From contig NC_045697.1 of the NCBI RefSeq assembly GCF_009834535.1, forward strand, positions 41,108,001 to 41,172,000: a stretch of 64,000 nt of DNA, read 5' to 3'. Shown here one piece after another: positions 12,901-27,900 of this stretch (its first letter is position 1; every line of letters begins with the position of its first letter). The notes beneath the pieces were generated by a model. It made no database searches. It was given only the letters and a program-made list of their open reading frames with translations, and was not told the origin of the DNA. A program made the position numbers and the translations under genes. The stretch comes from Camelus ferus (lineage: Eukaryota).

Positions 12901-15900
12901 ATTTTAAAAGTTATTTTCTTACCTTTCACTTTTTACTTTTTCATCACAATATTCTTCACAGCCATTCATTTTGGTAGACTACAATAAACAGAAATCAAAA
13001 TCAAATTAGCACATTGTAAAAAAAAATCAAATAATCTTATAGAATGTTCAGTTTTTTCCTGTATATTAGTTCCTATGTTCACTGTTACTGCTCATCCTTG
13101 TGTTACAAAGACACACATGATAGTCAATTACATGCCGAACTGTGGCTGAGGCATCTTCGAGTGGCCCGAGAGTTTTTGCTGGTTCCACTTATTCACCTTC
13201 ACACTCATTTTGGCTTTTCATTTCTTATATTAAGGGATATGAATGTACAGAAGTAAGGAAAAAGCAAAATAAAAATCTAAAATGAAAGTTATTTATATGC
13301 ACATTATAGCACATGTTTTTACACGGCTTCAGTTTTAAAATCTAAGATTTCCATGTGCTAACTTATCTTGCCCTTTTATTTTTAAAGTGAGGGTATCTCC
13401 CTAGGGAACACAGATCAATCAGTATGTCCTGGAACTGAGTACGGTGTCTCAGATGTGCAGGTCCTGCAGAAGCAGTTTGCTACCATCAGAAGGAGATGCC
13501 AAGTAGCATTTTTACATGGTTAATCTTACATTTCAATCTATCAGGACTAACTATCTTAAATGGGAAATTTCTTTCATTTCAAGGCCCTGTATTATCTAGC
13601 CTCTGTCTACCTCTACAGTCCAACTGGTTTTGCTCCCCCCTTCACTTACTAGGCTTCAAACTGACAGGTCTTTCTTTTAGTTCCTTAAAGTCTCTTTTCA
13701 CTTTTTCTTTATTCAATCTAAGTGCCTTTTCCTTCTGAGAATGTTTCCTAACCACCCAGCCTAAAAGTAAGCCTTTTTGGTCATTCCCTTTTATAGCACT
13801 TTTTTTTTTCAAAACCTTATCACAACTAACTGCATTTTTGTGTGTTCATTTGATCTTTCAGTTACAGGCTTCGCAGAGTTAAAAACTATAATTAAGTTAC
13901 TTTGACATCAATTTCAATTTCTTTGAGAGAAATGCAGAACTTCTATGGAGGAAGAAAAAATGTAGGTTGTTTTTATCCATCGGTAACTTTTAAAGAGCTT
14001 CTTAGACCTTATCTGTTTTTCGAAGTTGATAGTTGATAAATTTTAGTCTGGGTTAAAACTTTTTTCCAAAGTCATCTGGATTTCTTATTCCCCATCATAA
14101 TCCTAGTCTAGGAATCTACCATGTGTGCAATCATTTTGCAAAGTATAAAGTCTTTTGCAAGTGCTAAGTGCTATTACTGACGTTAAAATAATGAGATAAA
14201 GCCCAGGTGGAAATACACTATAGTGATACTGTAGTAACCAATTTCTCACTGTTTTTGCAGAGTTCACTTGTGTATGGTTTAGGGTTGGGTCCTTCTCCCT
14301 TCTCACTCTGGATTATAGGCTCTTTGGAAGAGGAAGCAGCTATAGTACTGCCTCGAGGAAAAGATTTAAGATTTTTATCATGGCCAGTCCTTGGAAGGTT
14401 AGTTTGTAATCCTGCTGCCCAAAGAATCCAGAGGCAGCAACTTGAAGAGTAGAGGAGGCATCTCCTGGGTCCAGAACCAGCTACCTAATTTGTAGTGCCC
14501 AGTGCCAAATGAAAATATGGGCTCTTTCTTTGGCATGGCATGTAAGTCATTTCATGAACTCATCCCTGCCTATCTCTTCAGACTTAGCTTTCAAGACACC
14601 ATGTGATACCCTACTTGCAAAGATTTAGTGCTCTGAATGTTCCAGGCTGATCCAGACCTTCACATCTTTGCTAAGAAGCTCCTTAGTAGGGAATGCTCTT
14701 TCCCATTTTATCTCACCGATCAAAATCTTTAAAATTAGGAAGCTGTAATAACCACTCCCACCTACTCCTGGGTAGCCCGTATCATTCCCTAATTCTTTAT
14801 AACCCTCTCTAAACTCTATATAAACATTTAGCAGGACATGTTTTTAACTACAGCTTTTTGTAGAGTTGAAAGTATCTGTAATTAAGTTATTCTGATATCA
14901 ATCTCATTTTATTTGAGCGAAATCAGAACTTCTGTGGAGGAAGAAAATTTACTTATTTGCATGTGTACAGCTCCCAAATTGACTGCTTGACTGCATAAGC
15001 AAAGTTAGGACAGAAACCCTGATGTCCCTTCTTATCCTGTTATCCCCAAAGTAATCAGAGTCAAACAAATTCAGTAACAGCCAAGTGAAGAGTTTTGAAA
15101 CTTTAGACAATAATTTACAATCATGTATACGACTGGCATTCATTCTTCCATTCATAACTAAGACACAGACATTGGCCCGAAGTACTTCACTAAGAGGTAC
15201 AGTAGTCCCCCTTTATCTGACGGGGTTTACGTTCCAAGATGCTCAGTGAATGTCTGAAACCTCGGATAGTACTGAATCTGTTTTCTGTTCACGTCTTCCA
15301 CTCACACACTGAACGGCTTTTTCATCTTACCTAAGCACTTATGCATTGTGGCCATAACTTTTGCAGTTTGAGGTGCAATAGCAAAATTAGCACAAATTTC
15401 TTTTTCCTTTTCACAATTTCACAGATAGAAGATTTGTTCTTATTGTAGATCTTAGCAACCAACCTCAGCATACAATTTTTTTCTTCCCTTATGAAGTAGA
15501 AAACTTTCACCTTTTCACTCAAAGGAAGCACCTATGGCTTCTCTTTGGCATATCCAAATTGCCAGCATCACTATTCTTGCACTTCGGGGCCATTATTAAG
15601 TAAAATAAGGGTTACTTGCAATGATCGATCTGATAACCAAGATGGATACTAAGTGACTAATGGGCAAGATATGCCGGACAAAGAGATGACTTATGTCCCG
15701 AGCAGGATGGAGTGAGATCTCATCTCACAGTACTTAGAAAGGTATGCAATTTAAAACTTGGAATTGTTTATTTCTGGAATTTTCCATTTAACACTTTCCA
15801 ACTGAGGTTAACTGTAGGTAACTGAAACCTCGGAAGGTGAAACTGCAGATGGTGGTGGGGACTACTGCAGTCAAGTCTAGAGTTAATTACAACTGAGGGA

Positions 15901-18900
15901 CAAATACAATGATTTGCACAGCTAGCTAACGGAGGGATAATCTTTCTTCTTAAAAAGGACATTCCTATACTCTTAACAATACCAGCGGTTAGCAGCTTAA
16001 CTTTTGGTGCATGATAAAACATTCAGGGTTGTAGAATATACTGGTAAGACCCAACTCAGTAAATAATCTTCCATTCATTTAGGGTGATCCCAGAATGGCA
16101 CTTTCAAAATTCTCAATTTTTTCAAAATTTCTAAGGGATTCTTAAAATCACTCAAAAGTAGGCAATCTTCTAGAGATATAAGATGAAATAGAAAACACTT
16201 CCAGAATACTGGCTCACTCTTCCTCTCAGCAATGGAGATGAATTTGTCTTTTAAATTTGCCTTCTTATGAATATAATTTCTACTGGGATTTTAATTCATG
16301 GTTTTGAAACAAATGAAACTTTTTCATGTTTTTACTTTAGTAACTTGTTTTTTTGTTTTCTTTGTTTTGCTTACCATTAGTCAAAATCTCTTCTAAAGCA
16401 GAAGTCTCATCTATTCAAGTGCTGATGTATTATTTTTAAGGATGGACTGGCCTGAAGTATTTGGTCTTAAACATCTTGAATTCTCAAGGCACAAATTTGT
16501 GGGCTTCATCTGTACTTCGGTGGCAGGACAACTTATATGTTATTTATATAATATTTCCTGATAACTGGTAGGAATATTCTTCCCCCACGAATCTAAATTT
16601 TTAGATTTGTTCTGGATAGCTTTACACCCTAATTCGTCTATGTAAATTATTTTACAAAGCCATGCTGCCTCTTACTGGGGAAAAAAACCCCCAATACCCA
16701 AAATATTTTATTGGACTACATTTAATTTATGGGTAAATCTAGGGAGACTTTAAATTTTAGGGTTTTTTAAAAATCAAAGAACAAGGAATGTTTTTCTTTG
16801 ATAACTTCTTGTATGCTTTGTAGAGTTTCAAAGTTTTCAATATAGATACGTATATTTTGTGTTGAATTTATGCCTAGAAGTTTTATTTGTTTTGTAACTA
16901 TTGTGAATATAATTTTATTTGACTATATTTTTTAAGTGGTTAAAGCAAAGACTGTGTTATGGACTGACCTGTGTTCCCCCAAATCCACAGGTTGAAGCCC
17001 TAACCCCCAATGTGACTATTTTTGGAAATAGGGTCTTTATGGAGATAACTGATGCTAAATGAGGTCATAAGTATGGGGCTCTTATCCAATAGGACTGATG
17101 TCCTTTTAAGAAGAGGAAGAGATCCCAGGAATGCACACACACACACACAATGACCATATGAGGACACAGCAGGAAGGTGGCTGTCTGCAAGCCAAGGAAA
17201 GAGGTCCTGCCAGAAACCAAACCTGCTAACACCTTGATCTTGGACTTCCAGCCTCCAGAACTGTGTAAAGATAAATTTCTTTCTCTCTTTTAAAGACACT
17301 TGGGTTGTGGCAGCCCCAAAAGACTGGAAAAGACTACAAACTCAAATGCCTGTAGGAACCAGACAAATAACATAAACCTTTGAAATGCTGGCGGAGGAGG
17401 TGGGGCTTAATTCTGTCTTGTGAGACCTGAGAGTTTACATTATAAAGAAATAGGGATCTTGGCTGCATTGTTGTTTATAATAAATAAGAAATTTAATATT
17501 CATCAATAGGTAGCCAACTTAACAAATTATGGCATATCTATGCAATAGAGTAATAGGAAGGCATTAGAAAGTATGAGACAGATTTTTATGTACTTGTGGA
17601 AAGAAGGTACTAACCATTTTTTAAGTGAGAATCAAATTTAGAACCACGTGACAAAATATATATTAAAAAATTATATGTTTTCATATGCACAATGGAAGCA
17701 TAAAATCAAAATTTTAACAATAGCTATCTCAGATGAAGATGAGGAATTGGTAAAAAATAAAAGTGTCATGCATTTTTAGACGATTCTATTTAAAATATGT
17801 TTTTTACAATGGGATATAATATTTTCATAATCAAAATAACAAGAAAGCAACTTGAATGAAGTTTTCTGCTGTCAACTTTTGTTATAATAGTTCAGTATAA
17901 ATGAGACACTATAGTATGTTAACAAGCTCTTTTTTTTTAAGAAAAGGCATTGGATCTGACATTTTTGAAATGGAAATTAAAGATTTTTATTTATTGTCTT
18001 AGTTAAGAGACTTCAGAATATACATTTCAAGGGGAATTTCAAATAGTAATATTAATAAAAAAATAATAAAAATTAGTATGATTTAAAATGTTCAGAAAAC
18101 CTTTTTCAAAGAGCTTATTGTTGTAATTATTAATATTCTGATAGTATGAAACAACATCTTAAGTAAAAAACACTGTAGTGTGACACATTGTGAGGTATCC
18201 AATATTTGTGTAATCATTTTTTTTAGATTAGGAAATACGTACTCAACAGATTTAAACGTCCTTGTATTTATACACATTAATTATTTATAAGTGTTTAATG
18301 AACATAATTGTGCGTATATGAGGTTGTGTGTGGATACCTGCATGGTAAGAATCCAAACTAGCTTAGTTTTGACAATTCTGAAGATGTTCAGTAGGAAGAG
18401 TAAGAAGAACTGTGAGGGAAATTATCCTAGAACAACGAGCAAGATCAGATTCACACAAATAGAGTGATGCCTAGTTTAAGCAGGCTTACATACTATTTAT
18501 CCATCATTTCATGTTTTTTTCTTAGCTCACTGTCCCAGATCTGACATCTTAGTCTTAAATAAATCTATCATTACAATTTTGAAAATTAATCATTTCTCTC
18601 TCTCTTTTTTATTTTTGGTGGGGGGAGGTAATTAGGTTTATTTACTTAGCTTTTTTTTTTTTTAATGGAGGTACTGAGGATTGAACCCAGGACCTCATGC
18701 ATGCTAGGTATGCATTCTACCAGTGAGCTATAACATTCCCCACTCTTTTTTTTTTTTTTTTTTGGACTTGAGGAAACTTGACTGATGATTCTTTCCCAGG
18801 CACAGTTTGACTCTTGAATGCAACAAATAAAATTAACCATTATTTCCCCTAATGTAATTAATCCCTAAATGTAAATTTTCAGAAAAATAGGCAATAATCT

Positions 18901-21900
18901 CAGATGATTCCAACTTTGGGATTTAATTTTTTTAAGAATTTAGTAAATTTATATAACATACATTGAGTACTAATTTCTGTACAGCTTATTTTTACTAGTT
19001 TGGATCCAACTAGCCCAATGTATGGACTAGGAATCAGTCAGCTGTCCAAATCTTTTAAAACAAGTCTCAACTGAAACTGCACAGCAATCACAGCAAATGT
19101 TATGGAATAACTGAAAGAATGAGATGTTTCCACGATAATTAAGACAGGCATCCATGAGGGGCAGGAGAAAGCGTTCAAGGAGAAAACCAAGTTTTCTACC
19201 TAGGTTAGGTATTATGTGGAACGGGATCTTGGAATTCCCAACTTTTATTTGATGTAAAAGTAACAAAGACACACATGACACACAAAAAATCAGGTTTGGG
19301 GGGCACTTTTTTCATGAATGGAAACCTTCAACAAAAGAGGCTGTATGATTCAAAGGCAAGATCTTTCTCCAAACGGAGTTAAGAGACATCAGTTCTAATT
19401 CTTACTGAGGTTACTAACCAGTCATCAGGATATCATCTTTAATATTTACAAGGGAAACTGGCCAGTAGGGAGAGGTAAGGCCTCAGCAGAGAAAGTAAGT
19501 CTTAAGTAAGCAGATACGTAATTCTAACAAGACATAGCATCCTACAGTGTGTACGTAGGTGTTATTCTTACCTCCGTAAAATCTTCTGGTAAAGGTGAAC
19601 CATCACAGTCGGTATCTTCTGCTCTCTCCTCAGGTAACTTCCCATTGGTTTTCAACGCACCTGGGAAAGAGAGAAACAGGCCAAGAGGAATTCAAATGCT
19701 TCACAAAGGCCATCTTGTGCTGCTTTAGTGTACCAACTTACTCATTCCGGATCATCTACCTGGAACACAGGCATTAGTTTGGTTTAAAAGATTCTGAGCT
19801 TCTTCATCCACAACATCCAGCAGAGACTGGATAACTTCAGCTTCTTGAGGATCATCATAAATATCTTCTTCTTGTACATCAGATTCTTGAAAAACAGTAA
19901 TTTACATGGGGTTTTACTTCATAAGTATCGATATGAGAAAGAAACAGTGTGTCAAATATAATATGCCAGGGCGTTCAAATTTTAAGCATCCACTTTGAAA
20001 AAGCAGCCATGACTGAAAGAATAGCTTACACTAAGGGGACCCAGGTATTTTTAGTTTTAGAGCTACTTTGGCTGTTGTGACAAAAGACCACACAAATGCA
20101 ACTGAATAAACCAAAATCAATGTCTGTGATACACCTCTTTATGAGACATTAATGATTTAATGTTTATTTCCCTAAATTAATTGCAAATTATTGATTTATA
20201 AAAGAAACTAAGGAAGTTTCAACTAAATAGGTTTTGTTACAAGGATTAAGGATATAACAGGGCAGCCCAAACATCCCCAAGAAAAAATTTCTGAGTTATT
20301 AGGTAGCCTGAGAATTACTGCATCAAAGAATACAAGAAACATTATCAAACAAAACAGCTATCTCTTCAATCATTTAAAAATCATTTTGCTCTTAGAGATG
20401 AGAATGAATACTGGACATCTGTACAGTAATGCAGCTAATAACATGAATTTTACATTGTTCTTTTATTACTTTGAATATTAGTCTTTCCTTTTAAAGCTAT
20501 AGGAATACGTAAGGAAAATAAGAGAGGCTACCAATATTTCTTATTACCTGAATTATTAGGGCATTTAGAGAAAATGGATGACTCATTTGGAAGACTACCT
20601 TTGGACACAATTAGATTTGCTGATTCCTTCATCTGATAAGTAGCGCATTTTCCTTCAGGGTACAAAACTTCAATGATTTCCTCCCCATTAACCTAAAGTA
20701 TAGAACCAAAGCAAGTCATTAGATTACTGTTTTACTAACTTCTAGGATCAGGGAGGGACCGCACATTGCCCCTCCATGCCCTTCTTCCCTTCTTTCTTAG
20801 TACAAAATCCACTTTGTATCTCCCCATCTTAGATCAGTGCTTCTAGGAAATACCAGCACAATGAAATGTGAAAAGGGGATGGGGCTTTCCATCATCGAAT
20901 ACTTCTGGAAACACTAGATTAAAAAATATTAAATCAACATTTTTATTCCAAGAATTCTCACAATGCTTCATGATATAAATTTTGAGTTGTCAGAAGAGAA
21001 ACGTATTATGTAGTATTTCCTAAACTTATTTAACTGCAGAAATCTCTTTTTAAGGCATATCTCATGGGACTTGTCTTCCATAGGAACTTTTCAGAAAAGT
21101 TAATTAGGACTACGAAACTTAGAAGTTGAGGGAAAGGGGAAAAAAAAACCAATCTTTTAAGAATCTGTGAAATTGCTACATGGACATAGTCTTCATTTTA
21201 GCAACCTGATGAATTGTTAGCTGTAAAGATTTTCAAATCTAGTCTAAATCTCATATCAATTCAAGAAAAATAACAATGGATTCATAGTCATAAAGTAATT
21301 ATTGAATGGACTGTAACTTTAATTCAATGGTTAACTGTGAAGCACTTCACGGCACAAAGCCTATTAAAAGAAAGTGATTTGGGCAAACATGCAAAATTAA
21401 ATGATTAGAATAAATTAAAATAGTTTTATACAAATAAAAGACGGTTTGCTCTAAAGATTTGGATTAAATAAAAAGATTACTCATTTTATTAAGATAAAAA
21501 GTAGACATGGTAGATGCAATAAAATTATTTCTTCATAAATAGTGGTTACATAATGTCAAAAAATTTCACTAGACTGTAAAACTTAATTCTTCGTAAGAAA
21601 TTCATAGTACAGACATTAGTATTCAAGGACAGGATATTGTTTGGGAGAATTTCTGGAAGATTTTAACTCCAACAAAAAATGTTTGCAACCATGAATAACA
21701 AAAGTCCTAATTTCTAGAGTTTTATGTTAATTTAAACAGAAAGTCTACCCTTCCTCCCTTTCAACAACGTGGTGATATTTACAAAGAAAATAAGCACTAT
21801 ACAGCATGACTAATACTTGAAATACATGAAAATTCAGCTGCTTCAGCTATGTGAAATTGGAGAGCTTCTGAATAAACAGAACAAAATAGTGAGTGCAGCT

Positions 21901-24900
21901 CAATCCACAGATAACAAGAAATTTTTATTTTTGCGTCCAAATAATTTCTGCCTTATAATTCTTCTGATGCAGTATCTTTTCAAGACCTGTTAAACTTGTC
22001 AAGAGTTTGAGATAACATAGTGAGATGAAAGGCATAGACTTTGGGGCGTCTGGTCACTACGTTCATTTCATCCTCCTACACTAAACCCAGCTCACATCCA
22101 GAAATCTTGTTGAGCTGATAAGATTTTCAGATTACTAGGAAGGAAATGCCTCAGCCCTGGATTTTATATGGAAAGACATTCAAATAGTGAGGTTCAGAAC
22201 AGACTACATGGAATGTGTGTGACAGAAAAAAATTCCACAAAGTGAAGATTCAGCTATGAGCTGTGTACATTACACGCCAGAAAGTAAAAAGAAACGTTAG
22301 CCACACAAATGGGCATTATATGTAGCCTTAAATTAACAGCTTGAAGTGAAATTTAGTTATGTATTAAAATAGTTTCGTTAAATCACCTCCAGATTTCTCT
22401 GTGCTAATCTTAAGTGATTTACGTTCTTTCATTTTATTTTGCAGTGAAGTATTTTCTATGTCTTTCAAAAAGCAAGTAAGCCAATTTCTTTTGCCATTAC
22501 TCTTTTGCCTCACTAGTAGCAGAGATTTTTCATTTGAGAGTCACTGCTAGTCAACATTAAACCCACTTTTTTTTTTACATCAACTTTTTTTTTTATTACC
22601 ATTGACAAAATCATTCACTAACACATACCCTAAAGCAGTCGGAATTGGTCAAGGTTAAGGAGATACTCTATGATATTCAGCACTAAAAACTGATGCTGTT
22701 TTAGAGACGTTTGGCCACATTGGACAAGCTGGCTAAACAGGTGAAAGGGAAAATGACACACATCTCTCACGACTTCTCTCCTTTTTATGCCTCTTTTACT
22801 GATTTCGGTGAGAGCTCTGCAGGTGGAGAGGAAGCCAGAACTCTGTGTTGGGGGCTCACCCGAGCCTGGCTATAGACACTAAATCCACTCTTAATGACAT
22901 TCTTCTCTTCTGGCTATCTAAGAGACAATCAAAGGAGTTGTGCACATTAATAAAAAATTCCAGCACTAAAGGTATCTGTGTAAGCAATTAGCTTATTTAA
23001 GAGCTGAACGTGTGCCTGATGATGTAAGGTTACCCGTGCGGGGGCTTTTTGTTGTGCGTTTTACTTAGCAAGTTCTATTGGTTTGCTAAGTGCATGTATC
23101 TAAAACTGATACATGTATCTAAAAAAGGCAGATACTTAAATGTGAAGTCAGTTTGGCTCAAAATACAAATAAGCTGGTTATTAATAGCAAAGGAATAAGG
23201 ACCTGAAGAAGGTGGCCCTTCACTTACTTACCTTGGAGAATGAATTATTTGGTGTGAGTGCAGGTTTGATACAAGGCTCCACAGTGTGATGACCTGAAGG
23301 AAGAACACAGAAGGAAAAGGATGAGCCACTCAGAACCACAACAGGGACAACTAAATAATGAAAGAAGACCCACATTTCTGTGCATGCTCCTATTTTTATT
23401 AGTACACTAAGAGAGGTCATATCACAAAGTAATTTAAAACCAACTAGATGTAATCAAGTATCAGAGAAGGGTTTATTTCAAGGACAAAGCCAATTCCTTA
23501 AAAGTAAATAGTCTGCATAAAAGCTCAGTTCAGGATGAATGTTTCCAGTGTGAGATTACTGAATATAGATTTTCCCAACTAACTGCGAGAGATATCACAA
23601 GTGCTGAACTATAATCACTGGACTTTTTAAGGAAAGATAGCAAGCCCTTCATCTCATTTCACAAAGACTAGCAATTTAACACAGGAAGATAAGTTGGATA
23701 CAACTGGAGAGGACTTTTAGTAGATTTCTAAACCAAAGGCTGATTTTTAACTCAATCATTAGCATAACATGAGATTGTGTTTCCCCTACAGTTGAAAAAT
23801 TTACATATTTAAAAAAAATTAGATTCATTACTTCCAGGAGATACAATACCTTATTAAACTGCTAGGAAAATTAATTAAAAAGTATAACAAAAATCAACCA
23901 CTGGTTCAAAAAAATCATATTGGAATAGTATAAAACACAACAGTTTATTATTTGTAATCTCTCCCTCCTGTTCCCTGGCAACCACTGATCTGCTTTATCA
24001 CTACAGATTAATTTGGATTTTTGTACAATCTTGTATAAATTGAATAATAATGAATTCTTTTTTTGGTCTAGCTTCTTTCATTCAGCATATCTATTTTGAG
24101 TTTTTTTAAATTATGCTGTTGCATGTGTCAATAGTCATTCACCTTTCTCTCTAAGCAGTATTCTGTTATGGGGATATACGACAAACGGCTATTCATTCAA
24201 CAGTTTTTGGAAATTTGAGTGGTTTCTGATTTGGGTTATTACAAAGGAAGCTGCTAAAAACATTCCTGTACAAGTTTTTGTGTATGGATACATGCTTTCT
24301 TTTCTCTTGACTATACAGACAGGAGTGGAAAGGCTGGATTACATGGTGGGCACACGTTTAAATTTTTAAGAAACTGTCAAACTGTTTTCCAAAATGGTTG
24401 TAGTAGTTTACATTTTCATCACTATAAGAGAGTTCCTATTATTGACACTATACTGATTTTCAGAATTCATAAAGAAATTAGATCAGAGAATCCCATAAAC
24501 AGACGACTAGGCAGTTACTACAAGGGGGGCCGGGCCCAGCTACTCTCCGTGGCCTTGAAAGTTACAAACAGGAGTTTTCTCCGCGGTCACTGGGAAAGTG
24601 CTCTCCTGATTGCTCTGTGAGATAGTCTGCTCTAATGTTCACCAGAACTCTTAGAGAGCAGCAGGAAGGAAGGACCTCTGAGGCATTCAAGATAACAACA
24701 GAGGAGAGAAACAGATGTGCTTTTGCTTTTGCTTAGAGGATAATCAAACTCCTGCAAGTGACAGATTTCTCCTAGCTATCTGGTATTTAGGTTCTACTGC
24801 TGGTCCCTAAAAGTTTAGTTATATATGAAATACTAGATTTACATTCCAAATACTCTAACCACATTCCCCTGTGCCTCACATTCTTATATGAATACCATCA

Positions 24901-27900
24901 ATAAAAGCTACATTTACTGAGCCTGATTAGGTAAATGAGAGCACAGAGTCAGACATCCTAGGTTTAAATTCTCGCTGGACCATTTATGAACCCTGTGAGC
25001 TTGGGCAAGTTATCACACTTTTCTGTACCTCAGTTTCCCTTTCTATAAAGGGGGATAATAGTAACACTAGTCTCATAGGGTTGTTGTGAGGATTTAAGCA
25101 CCTAGAAGAATGCTTAGTCCAGAAAAAGCATTAAATTTATGTAAACCGGCTGCCACCGCTGTTAACACTACAGTTTCTATTACTATGCTGGAATATAAGA
25201 CACACACTTTGTTTACTCATTGCTATATTCACAATGCCCAGAACACTGCCCGGCACAGAGAAGAAATTTAGTTAACTGTCTGAATAAATTATTATGTGAC
25301 AATCACCGTGATAAATGTTTGACATATATTATTGTATTTATGACTCATTATAACCTTGCAAATTAGATACTGTTAATATTCTTACTTTACTGGTAGAAAA
25401 TAGAGGCTTAGATATGGATCAAGTCACTTGCTACGGTTACACAGGACTTGTAAACAAATCCCAGGGTCCATGCTGCTCTATTTCCTATTATGCACTCAGT
25501 TTTAGAGATGCTCTTATTTAAATGTAATTTTTTTTTTTCACTTAAACCCTGCAAAACAGTCTGGAGGGGCAATAAAAACATTTTAATGATAGTATCGCAA
25601 CTTGCTTTGGGGGAAAAAAGTTTCCTCTCCAGAGCTACTTGTGTTATAAAATGAATGTATCCTTACCATTGGCTTTGGTTGACTTTGGGGCTGAAACAGC
25701 TGACCTCTTGGAACTGGGAACCACTGGGTGACCATCTCTGTGTTGTAAAGAATAAGAAAATGCAATTGCAAATTATTTAAGACATTTGTTTAAATATCTT
25801 TCAAGCCATCTGTTAACTATTTAACCTCAGGAGTTTTATTTTGGCTGGGCTTCAGGGGGCCTATGCATTTCCTGAAGCTATAGACAAATTTTATCAGCCT
25901 TTATCTATGTATGTGCTGGAGGGAGATATTCTTGACTGAAAAAAAGATTAAGAATCATTTCTGTACATAAGGTTTCTTTGTGTTTCAGTTCAACATACTG
26001 CCATACCTACCCTCTCATTTAAAACACTGGTAATATCCAGGATCTAATGACTTGCTTACTGACACTCAGGCGATAGATCAAAGATAACTTCACTCAGAAG
26101 TCACAGATCACTAAATTTTATGTATCTAAAGCCCTTGATATGTGTGTTTCTTTTAAATTACTTAAAGGGAACATCTAGACAAAATATACATATTCAGAGA
26201 ATTATAAGAAGAATAGTACCACCCAATATGTCAAATAGTCAAAAGACAGCACCTTGCAAGAGGATTGGTATGCAATTTTATTGTTGCTTTTACTTGAAAG
26301 GGAAAGGAGGGGGCCTCAGGTGTACAGTACGGGGAGAGGCAATCAGCCACAGGTCCTAAGCATTCCTGTATGTTCTTGCCAAGTACCCCAGAAATGCGAG
26401 ACCCTGACCACTTTTTATCTAGGCCAATTCTCAAGGCCACGTTTACAGTGAGCAAGCTTGAAGACTTACGTAACCTCTCTCCCCAGACAAAAAGCAAGCC
26501 TTCTTACCGGCTGCCATAAAGTGGTGGGTTCCCTGGCTCTTCTCACAGTCCTCTTCTCCTGTACTACAGCCCACCGCAGACATAGAGAGCCACTAGGCCC
26601 ACATGTGTCATCTCTATGGGGCTGAGAGGACATGTGGAGCCGACAGTAATACCACGCTCATGCTGCTTGCTGCGCCTTTAGTGAGAAAGTCTCTGGTCTC
26701 TGATCCGGGAGTTTCATATCTTCTACCAGCACCCATGGAACAATGACTGGCTAGTTTATTAGCTTGTAAGCAGGGTAAAATTATAGACACTCTACAGTTC
26801 TTGACAGACAATGATCACAAATATACACCCTTCCATTACAGTTACCCTGTGGACTTTAAAGAGGGCAGAAATAAATAACAGTGGAGAGGGAGTTGGAAGA
26901 TTAAGGAAGGGGAAAGTAACTGTGAATATTACTACTGCATCTCCAGTGACTTCAGCAAAGATAAAAGCAGAAAGACAACAGAAAGTGATTTTAGGCCTGA
27001 GGTGAAGGGGTGCTCCAGAGATTCAGAGGCAAAAAATTCAACTAGATCTATGGTTAGCAGAGATGCTAATTTTCACAAAGACATTTTCCAGGTTGTTTGA
27101 ACACTTTCCTCCTCCACTAATTAACATTCAGCTACACCTGTGAAAATAACCCTATGCCCATCTAATTTTTAGAAATATTGAGGGAAATAGGCGAGGGATT
27201 ATATTCAAGGGAAAAAGTATACAATCCAACTTAAAGGTTCAGAAGGAAAAACAGATTTATGATCAAGTGATTTAATGAACAGTTTCTGTATTTTGGAAAA
27301 CATACTATATAAAACTTACCATGTATCACAGATACCAATGTGATGCTTTCTGTTATGTAACTATAAAACCATAATTCAGAAAGCCCGGGTTCATGTACCT
27401 GTGGTAGGCGTAGTAATGTCCCCACTCCCACCAAAAATGTCTACATGGGAAACCTCAGAACCTCCGAATGTTACCTTGCATGGCAAAAGGGATTTTGCAG
27501 AGGTGAGTAAATTAAGGATCTAGAGATGAGATTATTCTGGGTTATCCAGCTGGGCCCAGTGTAATCACAGGGGTCCTTATAAGTGAAAAAAGTGAGGTAG
27601 GAATGTCAGAGAAAGATGTGAGGACAAAAGCAAAGAGTGCTGTGAATGCTGGCTTTACAGATGGAAGAGGGCTATGAGGCAAGGAATACGGGCAATCTCT
27701 CGAAGGTGGAAATGGCAAGGAGCCTACAGGAGGAATGCAGCTCTGTCAACATCTTGATTTTAGCCCAATGAGACCATTTCATTTTTCTGACTTCCAGGAC
27801 TGTTAAGATAATAAACTTGAGTTGTTTTAAGCCACTAAATTTGTAGTAATTTGATAGTGGTAGGAAACTAATAGAAACACTTTTTTTCAATTTATTTCCA

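Noticed and set aside
14220..14484. About 88 stop-free codons on the gene strand (…[13 protein letters not shown]…SELCKNSEK…) behind a cagcag acceptor
   Set aside because: The host intron is phase 0 but this frame needs phase 1; the phase-0 reading hits TAG; nearby donors are weak; the length is attainable by chance.
19735..19760. Second strong-looking donor (TGA|gtaagt) 18 nt downstream of exon 19760
   Set aside because: The extension introduces an immediate in-frame TGA and would leave an intron of only about 81 nt; the upstream CAG|gtagat already keeps the frame.
23010..23125. TGATGA...CTGA pair and a 9-bp hairpin (acttagcaa/ttgctaagt), suggesting a C/D snoRNA or miRNA
   Set aside because: The boxes are antisense to the host gene, the terminal stem is poor and the hairpin is too short for a pre-miRNA.
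24520..24680. Small GC/CpG-richer patch, a possible internal promoter or enhancer
   Set aside because: Too short for a CpG island and has no convincing motif set; cannot be supported from sequence alone.
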